Shown here in pieces: positions 51,735-63,399 of a DNA stretch of 64,000 nucleotides. Within the stretch, counting starts at the first letter, position 1, and each line of letters opens with the position of its first letter. The translations under genes were made by a program, and so were the position numbers. Under the pieces are notes generated by a model, which was not told where the DNA came from, made no database searches, and saw only the letters and a list, made by a program, of their open reading frames with translations. Source of the DNA: Ginglymostoma cirratum (lineage: Eukaryota); NCBI GenBank assembly GCA_024137785.1, contig JAHRHZ010000034.1, positions 23,417,335 through 23,481,334 on the forward strand, written 5' to 3'.

Positions 51735-52825
51735 GCTGCAGGATCTGGACAATATCCAGAAAAGCGGTAAGTAACATTCGTACCACAACAAATGCCAGGC
51801 ACCGACCATCTCCAATTAGAGAGAATCTAACCATTGCCGCTTGACTTTCACGATCACTGAATCCCTCTCAATCAACATTGTGGGGGTTATTAGTCACCAG
51901 AAACTCAACTGGATCACCTATTCAAATACAATGGCTGCAACAACAGGTCAGAGGCTAGGAATCCTGTACAGAGTAACTAGCCCCTGACTCCCAAAGCCTA
52001 TTCATCACACAAGGCTCTAATTAGGAGTGTGATGGAACATTCCTCACTTGCCTAGATGACTGCAACTCCAAATATGCGCAAGAAGCTTGACACCATCCAG
52101 TACAAAGCAGCTCACTTGATTGGCACCAGATCCACAAACATCCACACCTTCTTCCACCAATGTCCAGTAGCAGCAGTGCGAATAATCTACAGGATGCACA
52201 GCCAAAACTTACCAAGTCTCCTTGGAAAGCATCTCTGAAACCCACAAGCACTTTCATCTTGAAAGACCAGGTGTGCAAATACATGGAAACACCACCACAA
52301 GCAAGTTCCCCTCCACCCGTCATTTTGACTTGGAAATACATCATTGTTCCTTCAGTGTCACTGGGTCAAAATCTTGGGACCTCCTTTCTAACAAGCTTGA
52401 GAGTCTACTTAATGCACATGGACCATAGTGGTTCAAGAAGGGAGTTCACAACCACGTTCTCAAGGGCAATCAGAGATGGGCAATAAAAGTTGGCTCTGCC
52501 ATTGATGCCTACATAGAATAGAAGAATCCCTACAGTGTGTAAGCAGGCCATTCAGACCATCGAGTCCACACTGACCCTCTGAACAGCATCCAACCCAGAC
52601 CCACCTCCTACTCTTACCCTGCATTTCCCATGGCTAATCCACCTAAGCCAGCATTTCTTTGGACTGTGGGAGGAAACCCACACAGACACAAGGAGAATGT
52701 GTAAACTCCACACAGGCAGCCACCTGAGGCTGGAATCAAACCTGGGTCCCTAGTGCTGTGAGGCAGCCGTGCTAACCACTGAAGGCTCTGTGCCCCCCTT
52801 CACATCCCACAAGTGAATAAAAGAA
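51735..52825 (+). mobile_element. LINE-B 3' half with an HE1-like SINE inserted in its tail
   Basis: KKLDTIQYKAAHLIGT; tail caagggcaatcagagatgggcaataaa...cacatcccacaagtgaataaaa. Confidence 0.8.
52515..52795 (-). mobile_element. HE1-like V-SINE
   Basis: gaatccctacagtg...tttggactgtgggaggaaacccacacagacac...gtaaactccacacaggc...gctgtgaggcagccgtgctaaccactg. Confidence 0.85.
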
Positions 52826-53911
52826 AATTCTCATTGCTGTATCACTCCAAAAGTTTCTCACTTGCATTTCACAGTTATCTACGTACTTGTTGTATCGAAT
52901 AGTCTCTACTGTTGCTCCATATATTGACCAACAACTGACCCCGACCTACAACCTTCAGCTGTCCTCTTCACCTAGTTTGAAGTTCATTAAATATTTTAGA
53001 AAATAAATGCACAAGTACATGCATGTAAGTTAAAAAAAGGTATTTTCCAGAATTCCGAATGGCTCAAAGCACTTTACAACTAGTCAAGTACCTTTGCAGT
53101 GTAATCACTGTCATTATGGGGGAAACACAGCAACCAACTTGCACTCACCTGTACATAGTTCCGACCAGCACAGTATCAGTAATTTAGACAATGGCCACAT
53201 TACAATCTCCGCTTTTAATGCATTCATCTTAGAGGGGCTCAGGCTATGTATTCAAATCTGGCGTTTTTGGACATGCAACTTTGTTTATGACAAAACAATC
53301 ACAGCAATGTCAAATCTGCAACCCAAAGCACTTTTTCCCAAACATAGCAACTCTCCAGATATTATTTTAAACCAGTGATTCACAGAAAAAGCATAGTACA
53401 GTAATCCATTTATTGTTCATTCTCGATTAACTTTTTAGCACCAAACAGCATATTCGCACAGTATGCAGTTTTCAGGACTAAAACAAACACAATCAGTCGT
53501 AGTCCATTCTCTTTCATGAATGTACTTCATGGATGAATTGTTCAGACATTGGCAAAGTGAAAATTGATAACTTCTTGCTTTGAACATGCAGCAGAGAGGC
53601 ACTAATGTTTGAGGGAGTCAAAGAGGCCATGGCTGTCGAACAACTTCCCACGGTGGCTACTGGATCAGGTATATTTTATTCATCGCCAAGATGAGAGACT
53701 TACATGGCAGCATTTCTTCTTCCACCAGAATAGGATTTTATTAATGCCTAGCGGGCAACATCAGTCATACACGACTTTCACTGAAAAACGGGGTGAGCTA
53801 TGAAACACCTTCAAATCCCTGAACTCCAAGCAGTAAAATGGAGTTTGACTGACCTGGTCTCCACGTCAGCAATGAGGGCTTTCCATACCTTTCCTGAATT
53901 CCATTTCCCTC

Positions 53912-53943
53912 CACACACACACACATACACGCACGCATTCACA
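53912..53943. repeat. Imperfect (CA)n microsatellite
   Basis: cacacacacacacatacacgcacgcattcaca. Confidence 0.7.
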
Positions 53944-54759
53944 ACTCAGATTTAGTTTGGTGAATTCAGTTTATTTGAAGACTCAAGCTTGCTCTGCAAT
54001 CTGCCCACAAGCTTGTCATGATATCACAGTCAGGGCTTTGCAATCATCAATTGCTTTAAATTAAGCTCACATCATCCGACCCTAGTTCTTTGTGACATTG
54101 GGAGGCAGGTAGAGCAATTGGAGGAGTAATATCTTCAAAGCAAATTCACTTGCAATTTCCTGTTGATTTGTGTACACAGAAACTAACTTGCAGTGGTTTT
54201 TTTTTAATATTCATTCATGGGAACATGGATTTCCATTTATTGCCTACCTCCAGCTGCTCGAGAATTCTTTCCAATGGAATTATAGCTTCAAAGGTCAAAA
54301 AAGGTATTGCTGCTAGTTAGTTAAATTGGCTGTCCTGATTTATTGTAGCAAATATTTCAGTGCCTATTGTGATAAATAGATTTTGCCAGTATTTTATCGT
54401 AAATCTTACACTTGGGGATATAACTTTGGGGAAACACTTCCGCTTGCATTTGCTACAGCTCATGCGTTTCTACTTCATTAGCTTTTAAAGTTACAGCACT
54501 GAATTAAACAGAAGGTTGCAAAAAGGTCATTCAATCAATCTCACTCACTGTTTGCATCATTGCTGACCGGTTTACCTTGGCACATGCAACGGGTTTTGAA
54601 AGTGAAATCCCTCGGGTAACCGGATTTCTGAATACTCTTACATCCTAGTTAATTTACAAGCACTTTGTTCCCATGCTGTACGTCATTATTTCTTTTCCTG
54701 TAATGATTGCACTCTTTTTCTTTTGGGTAGCTGAAAACTAAAGCTTTGTTTTGGAAGTG

Positions 54760-55200
54760 TTAGCTGTGACTTAGCTGGGAACACACTCCCCTCTGAATCA
54801 GAGGTTAGAGGTTCTAGTCCACGCCACAGAGTTGAACACAAAAATTCTCGGCTGCCATTCTGGTACCGGAGTGAAGGAATGCTGCATCGTCACAACTGCC
54901 TCTTTCCAGATTTGATGTTAAAGCAAGGCCTCTCTGCTTCTTTGGGTGTCCAGAAAAGAAGATTTTATTTCAAAAGGAGGAGCTGGGGAAGCGCTCCCTG
55001 CTATCCGGGCCAACATAATCAACGTCATGAGAAAGAAAGCTGCTCATTCCTACATTGCTGTTGTGCAGGAATTAGCTGCACTGCATTTCCTACATTACAT
55101 CAGCAACTAAACTTCAAAAGCACTTGAATGGCCATCAGGTGCTTTGTGCCATCCTCAGGTCATGAAAACAAGGACTGTGTAAACGAAAGTCTTCTCTGTT
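54760..55200 (+). mobile_element. Deu-domain SINE, old
   Basis: tRNA-like head; gaaggaatgctgcatcgtc...tttccagatttgatgttaaagcaaggcc; tttcctacattaca...acttcaaaagcactt; cctcaggtcatgaaa...aagtcttctct. Confidence 0.7.
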
Positions 55201-55397
55201 TCTCAGCAACTTTCAAAGTTAGTACATGACATCCCAGTGAATGTCAATAATTACATGCGATTCCAAAGAATTTGCCATTTGCAGGAGTTCCTCTACACAC
55301 TCAGATTTCTGAAAACCACAATGCATACACCTGCTGATTACCACATTTATCCAAATTAAATAAAGATTGGTCCAACGTTTTATTACATTTGGTACTG

Positions 55398-56020
55398 TTT
55401 GGTGTGCTTGCTTTCATTGGTCAGAGTTGGGATGTCATGTTGCGGCTGTACAGGACATTGGTTAGGTCACTTTTAGAATACTGCATACAATACTGGTCTC
55501 CCCGCCATAGGAAATAAGTTGTTAAACTTGAAAAGGCTCAGAAAAGACTTACAAGGATGTTGCCAGGGTTGGAGGACTTCAGCTATCTGGAGATGCTGAA
55601 TACGCTGGCGCTATTTTCCCTGGAGGCTGAGGGCTGACCTTATAGAGGTTTATAAATGGGGTTAATAGTCTTTAGTCCAGGGTGGGAAAATCCAAAACTA
55701 CAGGGCATAGGTTTAAGGTGAGAAGGGAAAGATTTAAAAGGGACCTAAAGAGCAATTTTTTCACACAGAGGGTGATGCGTGTGTGGAATGAGCTGCCAGA
55801 AGAAGTGGCGGAGGCTGGTATAATAACAACATTTAAAAGGCATCTGGACAATTACAACATTTAAAATGCATCTGGATGGGTATATGAATAGGAAAGGTTC
55901 AGAGGGATATGGGCTAAATGCTGGCAAATGGGACTAGTTTTATTTAGGATATCTGGTCTGCATGGACTTTGGACCGAAGGGTCTGTTTTCGTGCTGCATA
56001 TTTCTACAACTCTATAACTC
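55398..56020 (+). mobile_element. CR1-clade LINE 3' fragment
   Basis: GHRFKVRRERFKRDLKSNFFTQRVMRVWNELPEEV; same family as 640-1349. Confidence 0.85.
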
Positions 56021-58479
56021 TAAATGCATCAGCCAGGCAGCTGCTGGCCTCTCTGAGCAAACGTGTCAAAACTGAAGAAATCCGAGATTGAGATTTTCCA
56101 TTAATTGTAAAATCAAAAAAAGGGTTAAACCTGTATCTGACTCAAAGAGTTAAGTAAGTCTCTCATTCCAGAAGGACAATAACGTAATCAGGATGGTACA
56201 GGGCTCAAAATCAAGAGCTTCAATCCACCATGCCAAGTTGGAAACTAAATAAACCAAAAACCTGCTAAATGCAAGAAAATTAAGTGTATATTTGTAACCT
56301 GTTATTAAAATTTCAGTTGGTTCAGAAACATGCATTAACAAAAGCATGCTCCCCTCACACCCATCACTGGATCCGGCCTACATGTGACCATGTGATGACT
56401 GTCCTTTAATGCCCTCTGAACAAGTCTAACAAGTTATTCAACTGTACGAGCAACTAAATAGAAAGTTCCAAAGCAATGAGGGTAAGACATGCATCCAGTC
56501 CAGCTTGCTCAAACACAGAGGATGACTAGAAAAATGATATTAATAATAAAAAGCACTTTGCAGAAAAATATCAAATACCTAATTGAATTGTAAATATGCC
56601 TAAAAATCTGATTAATGTTGGCTGCAGTTAGTCATGTAAAACTTACTATTGAGCTAAGGAATCTTTTGGGTTTATGGTACATTGTGAATAAGCTGAAGAT
56701 CAAGAACTCAATAAATCTGGTAATTTATGGCCTGGTTCCATGAAGATCAAAGCAGACTGACTGGTGTGTTATAAAAACCAAACTGAGTCACCAAGGTTCT
56801 TCATCCTCCTCCCCTAGCCCCTCCCTCCTCCTCCAACTAGTCCATTCACACGTTATGTAGTTGACACTTAATACTATTTAAGGTGGCCAATGAACCATGC
56901 ATGAGCAATAAGTGTGAGCCTGTTGATGTTATTGAAATTGCAGGAACAGCATGATTTTAAAACAGCAGACTCGAGGGGCTGAATTGCCTATTCCTACTCA
57001 AGAGTTCTACAATGTGTGAAACTATTTAAATGAGTCGGGGGAGGGGTGGAAAGACAGCCAGAAAATAAAAGCAGATCAATGCAAAACTTTGGGTATCAAG
57101 AGGGGTGCAGCAATAGCAAGAGGGTTGGCATTACAATCTTCAGCAAGTTATTCTCTCATGTCTGCCTCCCTACCAGACAACAGAATTCTTGCAAGATTTA
57201 TTAACTTTGCAAAGTGGCACAAGTTGCAAGTAAAAGACACACTGCATTGTGGGAACAGATTTTCATACATATGAGATCATAATTCTCAAATAAGGGACTG
57301 ATATTTAGTTCGATTCTGTTAGTGTAAGGTTGTTTTAAGTGCAGAAAGCTATCCTTCCAGTTAAGTTCTCTGGTTCGGTTTTGCACTGCAATCACCCGAC
57401 CTATTAATTCTATTCATTATTTTCAAATTTTGGACAGTAAACCTTCTTCTGTGATTTACCATTTTCTATTCCGTAGAAGCCTGCTTTAAGCATCAATTCA
57501 TTTGTAAAAACTGCACTGTGAAGGATGGAGAGGCAGCGGGGCTGGGGTGCAGTGGAAGAGACATCGACTGAAGCCAAAACAATGTTTTGGTACCAGTCCA
57601 TCTTCTCTCATTGGTGCCACTGTGTGCAGGTTCCTTTCAGCTAGTCTGAAAGCTCAGTCCCCTCCCCAAGTCTCTGCTCAGTTTTTGTTCAAACCTAATT
57701 ACCTTTTGAAAGTGTACAATACTACACTTTCAAACTAACGACATCTGCATGTGACTTAATAAATTCCATCTTCAACAATATAAACATTATCTTTTGTAAA
57801 ATTCCAGACGTATATTGCTGAGACTTAAATGTAACCCTCAAAAAATCTACTACAAAGCTATTAATGAAATTCAAGACCACTCAATGCAGGTCAATGGCCT
57901 TCAGATTCAATGTTAGACTCACATTCTTTAATCTCAACTAACAGTTATTTCTGGTGCCTGATAGGAGATGATCTTACTTGGGGCCAGCTCGTACTTTGGA
58001 CAGGATTTCAGTCATGTAGGATGGTCACACTAAGTTTTGCACAGACATGTTATGTGCCTTGTGGATCAAAGCAAAAAGAAGAAATTTGCATCACTGTTGG
58101 AGGCAGGTCTGGGCAAACATGACATCTTGATACCCCTCTTTCCATGTCACGCTGTGAATCATTTACACACAGGGCTGTAGATTCTACTTGGTTTAAAACA
58201 TTTCCAAAGTGTTGACTCAGGGTTTGAGCCCCATAAATGGAACAGACCCATAATTTGAGCTGGAGGCTCCAGTGCAGTGGAGAGGAGCTGCAATGACAGG
58301 AGGGCCGTTTGAGGGGTCAATCAAGGTTCAGCCAGCATGCTGTGCAAAGTTTCTGGTTCAAACTCGGCATTTATTGAAAAGCAGCAAGTTCCCGCCATAT
58401 ACTGCCCACGTTCGTTCCCAGTACAACAGAAATAAACTGGTCATTCACCACACTCCTGTGACTGGTACAGAACTTTTTT

Positions 58480-58800
58480 TTTAATTCACTCACAGGAATG
58501 CTAGATCAGCATTTATTGCCCAGAGGGCAGTTGAGAAGCAACCACATTGCTGAGGGTCTGGAGTCATGTGTAGGTCAGGCCAGGTAAGATAACAATTTCC
58601 TTCCCTAAAGGACATCAGTGAACCAGATGAGTTTTTCCTGACAACTGATAATAGTTGCATGGACATTGTTAGACTTCTAATTCCAGATTTTAATTGAAAT
58701 CAAATTCCACCATGTGGAGTTGAACCCAGGTCCCCAGTACATTACCTGGGTCACTAGATTACTGGTCTAGTGCTTATTCCACTTGGCCATCACCTCCCCA
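58480..58800 (-). mobile_element. SINE-C copy
   Basis: cagcatttattgccc...accacattgctgagggtctggagtcatgtgtaggtcaggccaggtaagat...gttgaacccaggtcccc. Confidence 0.8.
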
Positions 58801-59419
58801 TAATGGTGCACAATGACTGCCACATTTCCTACACAAGAGCAGTCACAACCCTTGAAAATCATTTCAGTTAGTCAAGTACATAAGCACCTCTTTGGTCCTA
58901 TAGTTAAAACTAAAATTAAACCACTTCAGTCACAATGATTGGACTAATTTTCAAATATTGGTAAACACCACAATTCTCATTCACCAACAATTACTGGAGG
59001 TGCAGCTATATGGTCACAGAGGCACTCATCCAGCCTCCTACGGAAATCTTCAGCCTTCCCAGGCAGGAGTGGATCCTCTCTGTGGCACGCACATACACAT
59101 ATGCATGCATGCACACACAGACACGCAGATACACCTCCCCACCCTTGCCTCTCTCCTGTACAGAATACTGCAATCCAATACTTGATCTGCAGGCTTTGGA
59201 TCCCACAAATTTACAGCAACATTCTCCCAGAATAACTGGAAAGTCAGGTGGCAGCACTTATCAAAACTCACAGCCAAGAACAGGCAACCAGTTAAAATTT
59301 GGCATTATACAGTCAAATTTCCAGCTTTCTGTTGTGGGAACTGGGGGCTACTAAACACCGCGGGTTTGAATGACTTCAGTATAGGGTATGAAAACAGCTG
59401 GCAACTGAGATAGTTGATG

Positions 59420-60580
59420 CACTGGCTCTAAGATGATTGATGACAGCAGGGCAGTGGATGTTGTCTATTTAGACTTTAGCAAGGCCTTTGACAAGGTCCC
59501 TCATGGCAGACTGATACAGAAGGTGAGGTCACATGGGATCCACAGTGAGCTGGTAAGATGGATACAGAAACTAGCTTGGTCGTAGAAGACAAAGTAGAGG
59601 TGGAAGAGTGTTTTTCTAACTGGAGATCTGTGGCCACTGTTGTTCCACAAGGATCAGTGCTGGGGTCCTACTGCTTGTAATATGTATAAATGGCTTGAAG
59701 AAGAATGTAGGTGGTCTGATTAGTAAGTTTGCAGATGACACAAAGATTGGGAGAGCAGCAGATGGTGAGGAGGATTGCCAGAGGAGACAGCAGGATATAG
59801 ATGGGCTGGAGACTTGGATAGAGAAATGGCAGATGGCGTTTAATCTGGACAAATGCGAGGTGCTACATTTTGGAAGAAATAATGCAGGACAGAAGTATAT
59901 AGTAAATGGCAGAACCTTTAGAAACATCAACATGCAGAGGGTTATAGGCATACAGGTCCACAGTTCCCTGAAAGTGGCAACACATGCAAATAAGATGGTC
60001 AAGAAGGCATAAGGCATGCTTGCCCTCATTGGTCAGAGCACAGAGTCTAAAAATTGAAGTTCTGTTGCAATTGTGTAGAACTTTAGTTAGGCCACATTTG
60101 GAATATGGTGAACTATTCTGGTTGCCACCTAGCAGGAGGATGTAGAGGCTTTGGACAGGTTACAGAAACGGTTTACCAGGATGTTGCCTGGTGGAGGGTA
60201 TTAGCTATGAGGAGACTTGAACATCAAAGGATGAAGGGTGACCTGATAGGAGTTTACAAAATTATGAGGGGTGTGGATAGAATGGATAGACAGAGTGTTG
60301 TTCCCTAGGGTAGAAAAGTCAAATACTAGGGGACATGGGTTTAAGCTAAAAGGGAAAAGTTTACAAGTGAGACACAGTTTTTTTTATATACACAGAGGGT
60401 GTTAAGTGCTTGGAATGCACTGTCAGAAGTGGTGATGGAGATGGATACAATAGCAGCCGAAAGAGGAATCTCGACAGATACGTGAAAAGGCAGAGACTAG
60501 AGGGAACAGACAGCCTAAAGGCAAAAGGTTTTTCACTCAGAAAGGCAACTGCCCCATGCTGTATTGTTCTTTGTTATTAT
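59420..60580 (+). mobile_element. CR1-clade LINE RT fragment
   Basis: gtggatgttgtctatttagactttagcaaggcctttgacaaggtccctcat (VDVVYLDFSKAFDKVPH), PQGSVLG, KFADDTKIG, WQMAFNLDKCEVLHFG. Confidence 0.9.
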
Positions 60581-60721
60581 GTAGCACCTGAAAACTAGTA
60601 TGCAGTTACAGCAGGTAATAAGGAAGGTAAATGAAATTTTGACATTTACAGCTAAAGGAATAGAGCACAAAAGTTGACAAGTGTTGCTGCAACTGTACGA
60701 GAGATAAGTGAAACTGCACCT

Positions 60722-62640
60722 TGACCCATTGTCTCCGCCTGCTCCTGCCCCACCAAACTCATCTCCACCTACCTAGACTCCATTTTCACCCCCTTGGTCC
60801 AGGAACTCCCTACCTACGTCCGTGACACCACCCACACCCTCCACCTCCTCCAGAACTTCCAATTCCCCGGTCCCCAACACCTCATCTTTACTGTGGACGT
60901 CCAGTCCCTATACACCTGTATTCCCCATGCAGAAGGCCTAAAGGATGGCTTCTTCCTGTCCCGCAGACCTGACCAATCCCCCTCTACCGACGCCCTCATC
61001 CGCTTAGCCGAACTCGTCCTCACCCTCAACAACTTCTCTTTCAATTCCTCCCACTTCCTACAGACAAAGGGGGTGGCCATGGGTACCCGCATGGGCCCCA
61101 GCTATGCCTGCCTCTTTGTAGGTTACGTGGAACAATCCCTCTTCCGTACCTACCCTGGCCCTAAACCCCACCTCTTCCTCCGGTACATTGATGACTGTAT
61201 CGGCGCCGCCTCGTGCTCCCACGAGGAGCTCGAACAGTTCATCCACTTCACCAACACCTTCCACCCCAACCTGAAGTTCACCTGGACCATCTCCAACACT
61301 TCTCTCTCCTTCCTGGACCTCTCTGTCGCCATCTCGGGTAACCACCTAGAAACCAATGTCCATTTCAAGCCCACTGACTCCACAGCTACCTGGAATACAC
61401 CTCCTCCCACCCACCTTCCTGCAAAAATTCCAATCCCCTATTCCCAATTCCTTCGCCTCCGCCGCATCTGCTCCCAGGATGAGACATTCCACTCCCGTAC
61501 GTCTCAGATGTCCTCATTCTTCAAGGACCGAACTTCCCCCCGACAGTGGTCGAGAACGCCCTCGACCGAGTCTCCCGCATTTCCCGGAACACATCCCTCA
61601 CGCCCCGTCCCCGCAATAATAACCAAAAAAGAATCCCCCTCGTCCTCACGTACCACCCCACCAACCTCCGGATCCAACGCATCATCCTCCGACACTTCCG
61701 CCATCTGCAATCAGACCCCACCACCAAAGACATTTTTCCCTCCCCACCCTTATCTGCCTTCCGGAGGGACCACTCCCTTGTCCACTCCACACTCCCCTCC
61801 AGCCCCATCACACCCGGCACTTTTCCCTGCAACCGCAGGAAGTGCTACACCTGCCCCCACACCCAATCCCAGGCCCCAAGAAGACTTTCCACATCAGGCA
61901 GATGTTCACCTGCACATCTGCCAATGTGGTATACTGCATCCGCTGTACCCGTTGTGGCTTCCTCTACATCAGGGAAACCAAGCGGAGGCTTGGGGACTGC
62001 TTTGCAGAACACCTGCGCTCAGTTCACAACAAACAACTGCACCTCCCAGTCGCGAACCATTTCAACTCCCCCTCCCATTCCTCAGACGACATGTCCATCC
62101 TGGGCCTCCTGCAATGCCACAGTGATGCCACCCGAAGGCTGCAGGAACAGCAACTCATATTTAGCCTGGGAACCCTGCAGCCCAATGGCATCAATGTGGA
62201 TTTCACAAGCTTCAAAATCTCCCCTCCCCCAACCGCATCCCAAAACCAGCCCAGCTCATCTCCACCTCCCTAACCTGTTTTTCCTCTCACCTCTCCCCTC
62301 CTCCCACCTCAAGCCACACCCCCATCTCCTATCTACTAACATCATCCCGCCCCCTTGACCTGTCCGTCCTCCCTGGACTGACCCATCTCCTCCCTACCCC
62401 CCCACCTACACTCACCTTTACTGGCTCCATCCCCGCCTCTTCGACTTGTCTGCCTCCTCTCCATCTATCCTCTCCTCTATCCATCCTCTATCCGCGCACC
62501 CCTCTCTCCCTATTTATTTCAGAACCCTCTTCCCCTCCCCCATTTCTGATGAAGGGTCTAGGCCCGAAACGTCAAGTTTTCCTGCTCCTATGATGCTGCT
62601 TGACCTGCTGTGTTCATCCAGCCCCACACCTTGTAACCTC
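60722..62640 (+). mobile_element. Penelope-like retroelement (PLE-A), second 5'-truncated copy with several frameshifts
   Basis: ORFs 60794-62125, 61546-62358 and 61842-62273 repeat the RT (DVQSLYT, GVAMG, RYIDD) and GIY-YIG peptides of 45696-48169 almost verbatim. Ends in the same terminal repeat. Confidence 0.95.
62542..62577 (+). ncRNA. Minimal hammerhead ribozyme motif with intact consensus core (antisense to CCNY)
   Basis: attt-CTGATGA-a-gggt-ctag-gccc-GAAAC-GTC-aagt. Confidence 0.65.
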
Positions 62641-63399
62641 GATATAGTTTGTTCCCTTTACTTGAGGGAGCAGCTCAGAGGTGATTCACTAGATTGATGC
62701 CGAAGGTAAGGGTTTTATCTTACAAAGAGAAATTGAGCAGTTTAAGCCTATATTCTCTCAAAGTTAGAAGAATGACAGGAGGTCTGATTGTTCACCCCCT
62801 ACTTTAGCATCTTAGATACCTCAAAGCACACGCAGAGAGGATGTTTCCTCATGGGACAATCTAGAACAAGATGTCAGAGTTTTAGAATAAAGGATAGAAG
62901 ATTTAAAACAGATGAGGAGAAATTATTTCTCTCAAAAGAATGCATCTGTGGAATTCACTGTCCCAGAGAATGGTGGAATGTTGAGTAAATTTAAAGAAGG
63001 GAGAGACAAATTTTTAATTAGTAATAGGTTGAAGTGTAGTGGGGAGTGAGCAGGAAAGTGGAGTTGAGACAAAGATGAAGTCAGCCACAATCGTATTAAA
63101 TGATGGAGCAGGTTTGAGGAGCTGAATTGCCCACTCCCGCTCTTATTTCTTATGTTCTTAGCTCTTGTGGCAGTGTCCCTATCTCGGGACCAGGAGATCT
63201 GTATTCAAGTTCCACCTGCTCCAGACACGTGTTCTAAAACTCTGAACAGTTTTTTTTTTAAAAGTAGGTATCCACAGAAGTTGGGAGCCTATGCTTCAGG
63301 AATATAGACCACTGACGAGACCATGCCTGAGTACTGTCCACATTACTGACTTACAACTGGAACAATGCTTGAGGAAATGAATGAGTGAATGAGAAAAGG

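Larger units (their letters stand above)
60590..63160 (+). mobile_element. Older CR1 3' fragment split by the PLE at 60722-62640
   Basis: gtgttgctgcaactgtac...actgcacc before the PLE and gtttgttccctttacttgagg...tgtggaattcactgtcccag after it are colinear CR1 sequence. Confidence 0.6.

Noticed and set aside
55846-55900. Short direct duplications (also 455-495, 27194-27217 and 45629-45675)
   Set aside because: Two- or three-unit local slippage duplications with no spacer structure. Not CRISPR-like and no sign of function.
3136-59354. Remaining 60-150 aa ORFs in the track outside the annotated TEs
   Set aside because: No recognisable domains, many non-ATG starts, and lengths expected by chance in intronic DNA.
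60712-62645. TSD around the second PLE copy (accttga / acctcga)
   Set aside because: Only 7 nt with a mismatch, and it overlaps the element ends, so it is not convincing.
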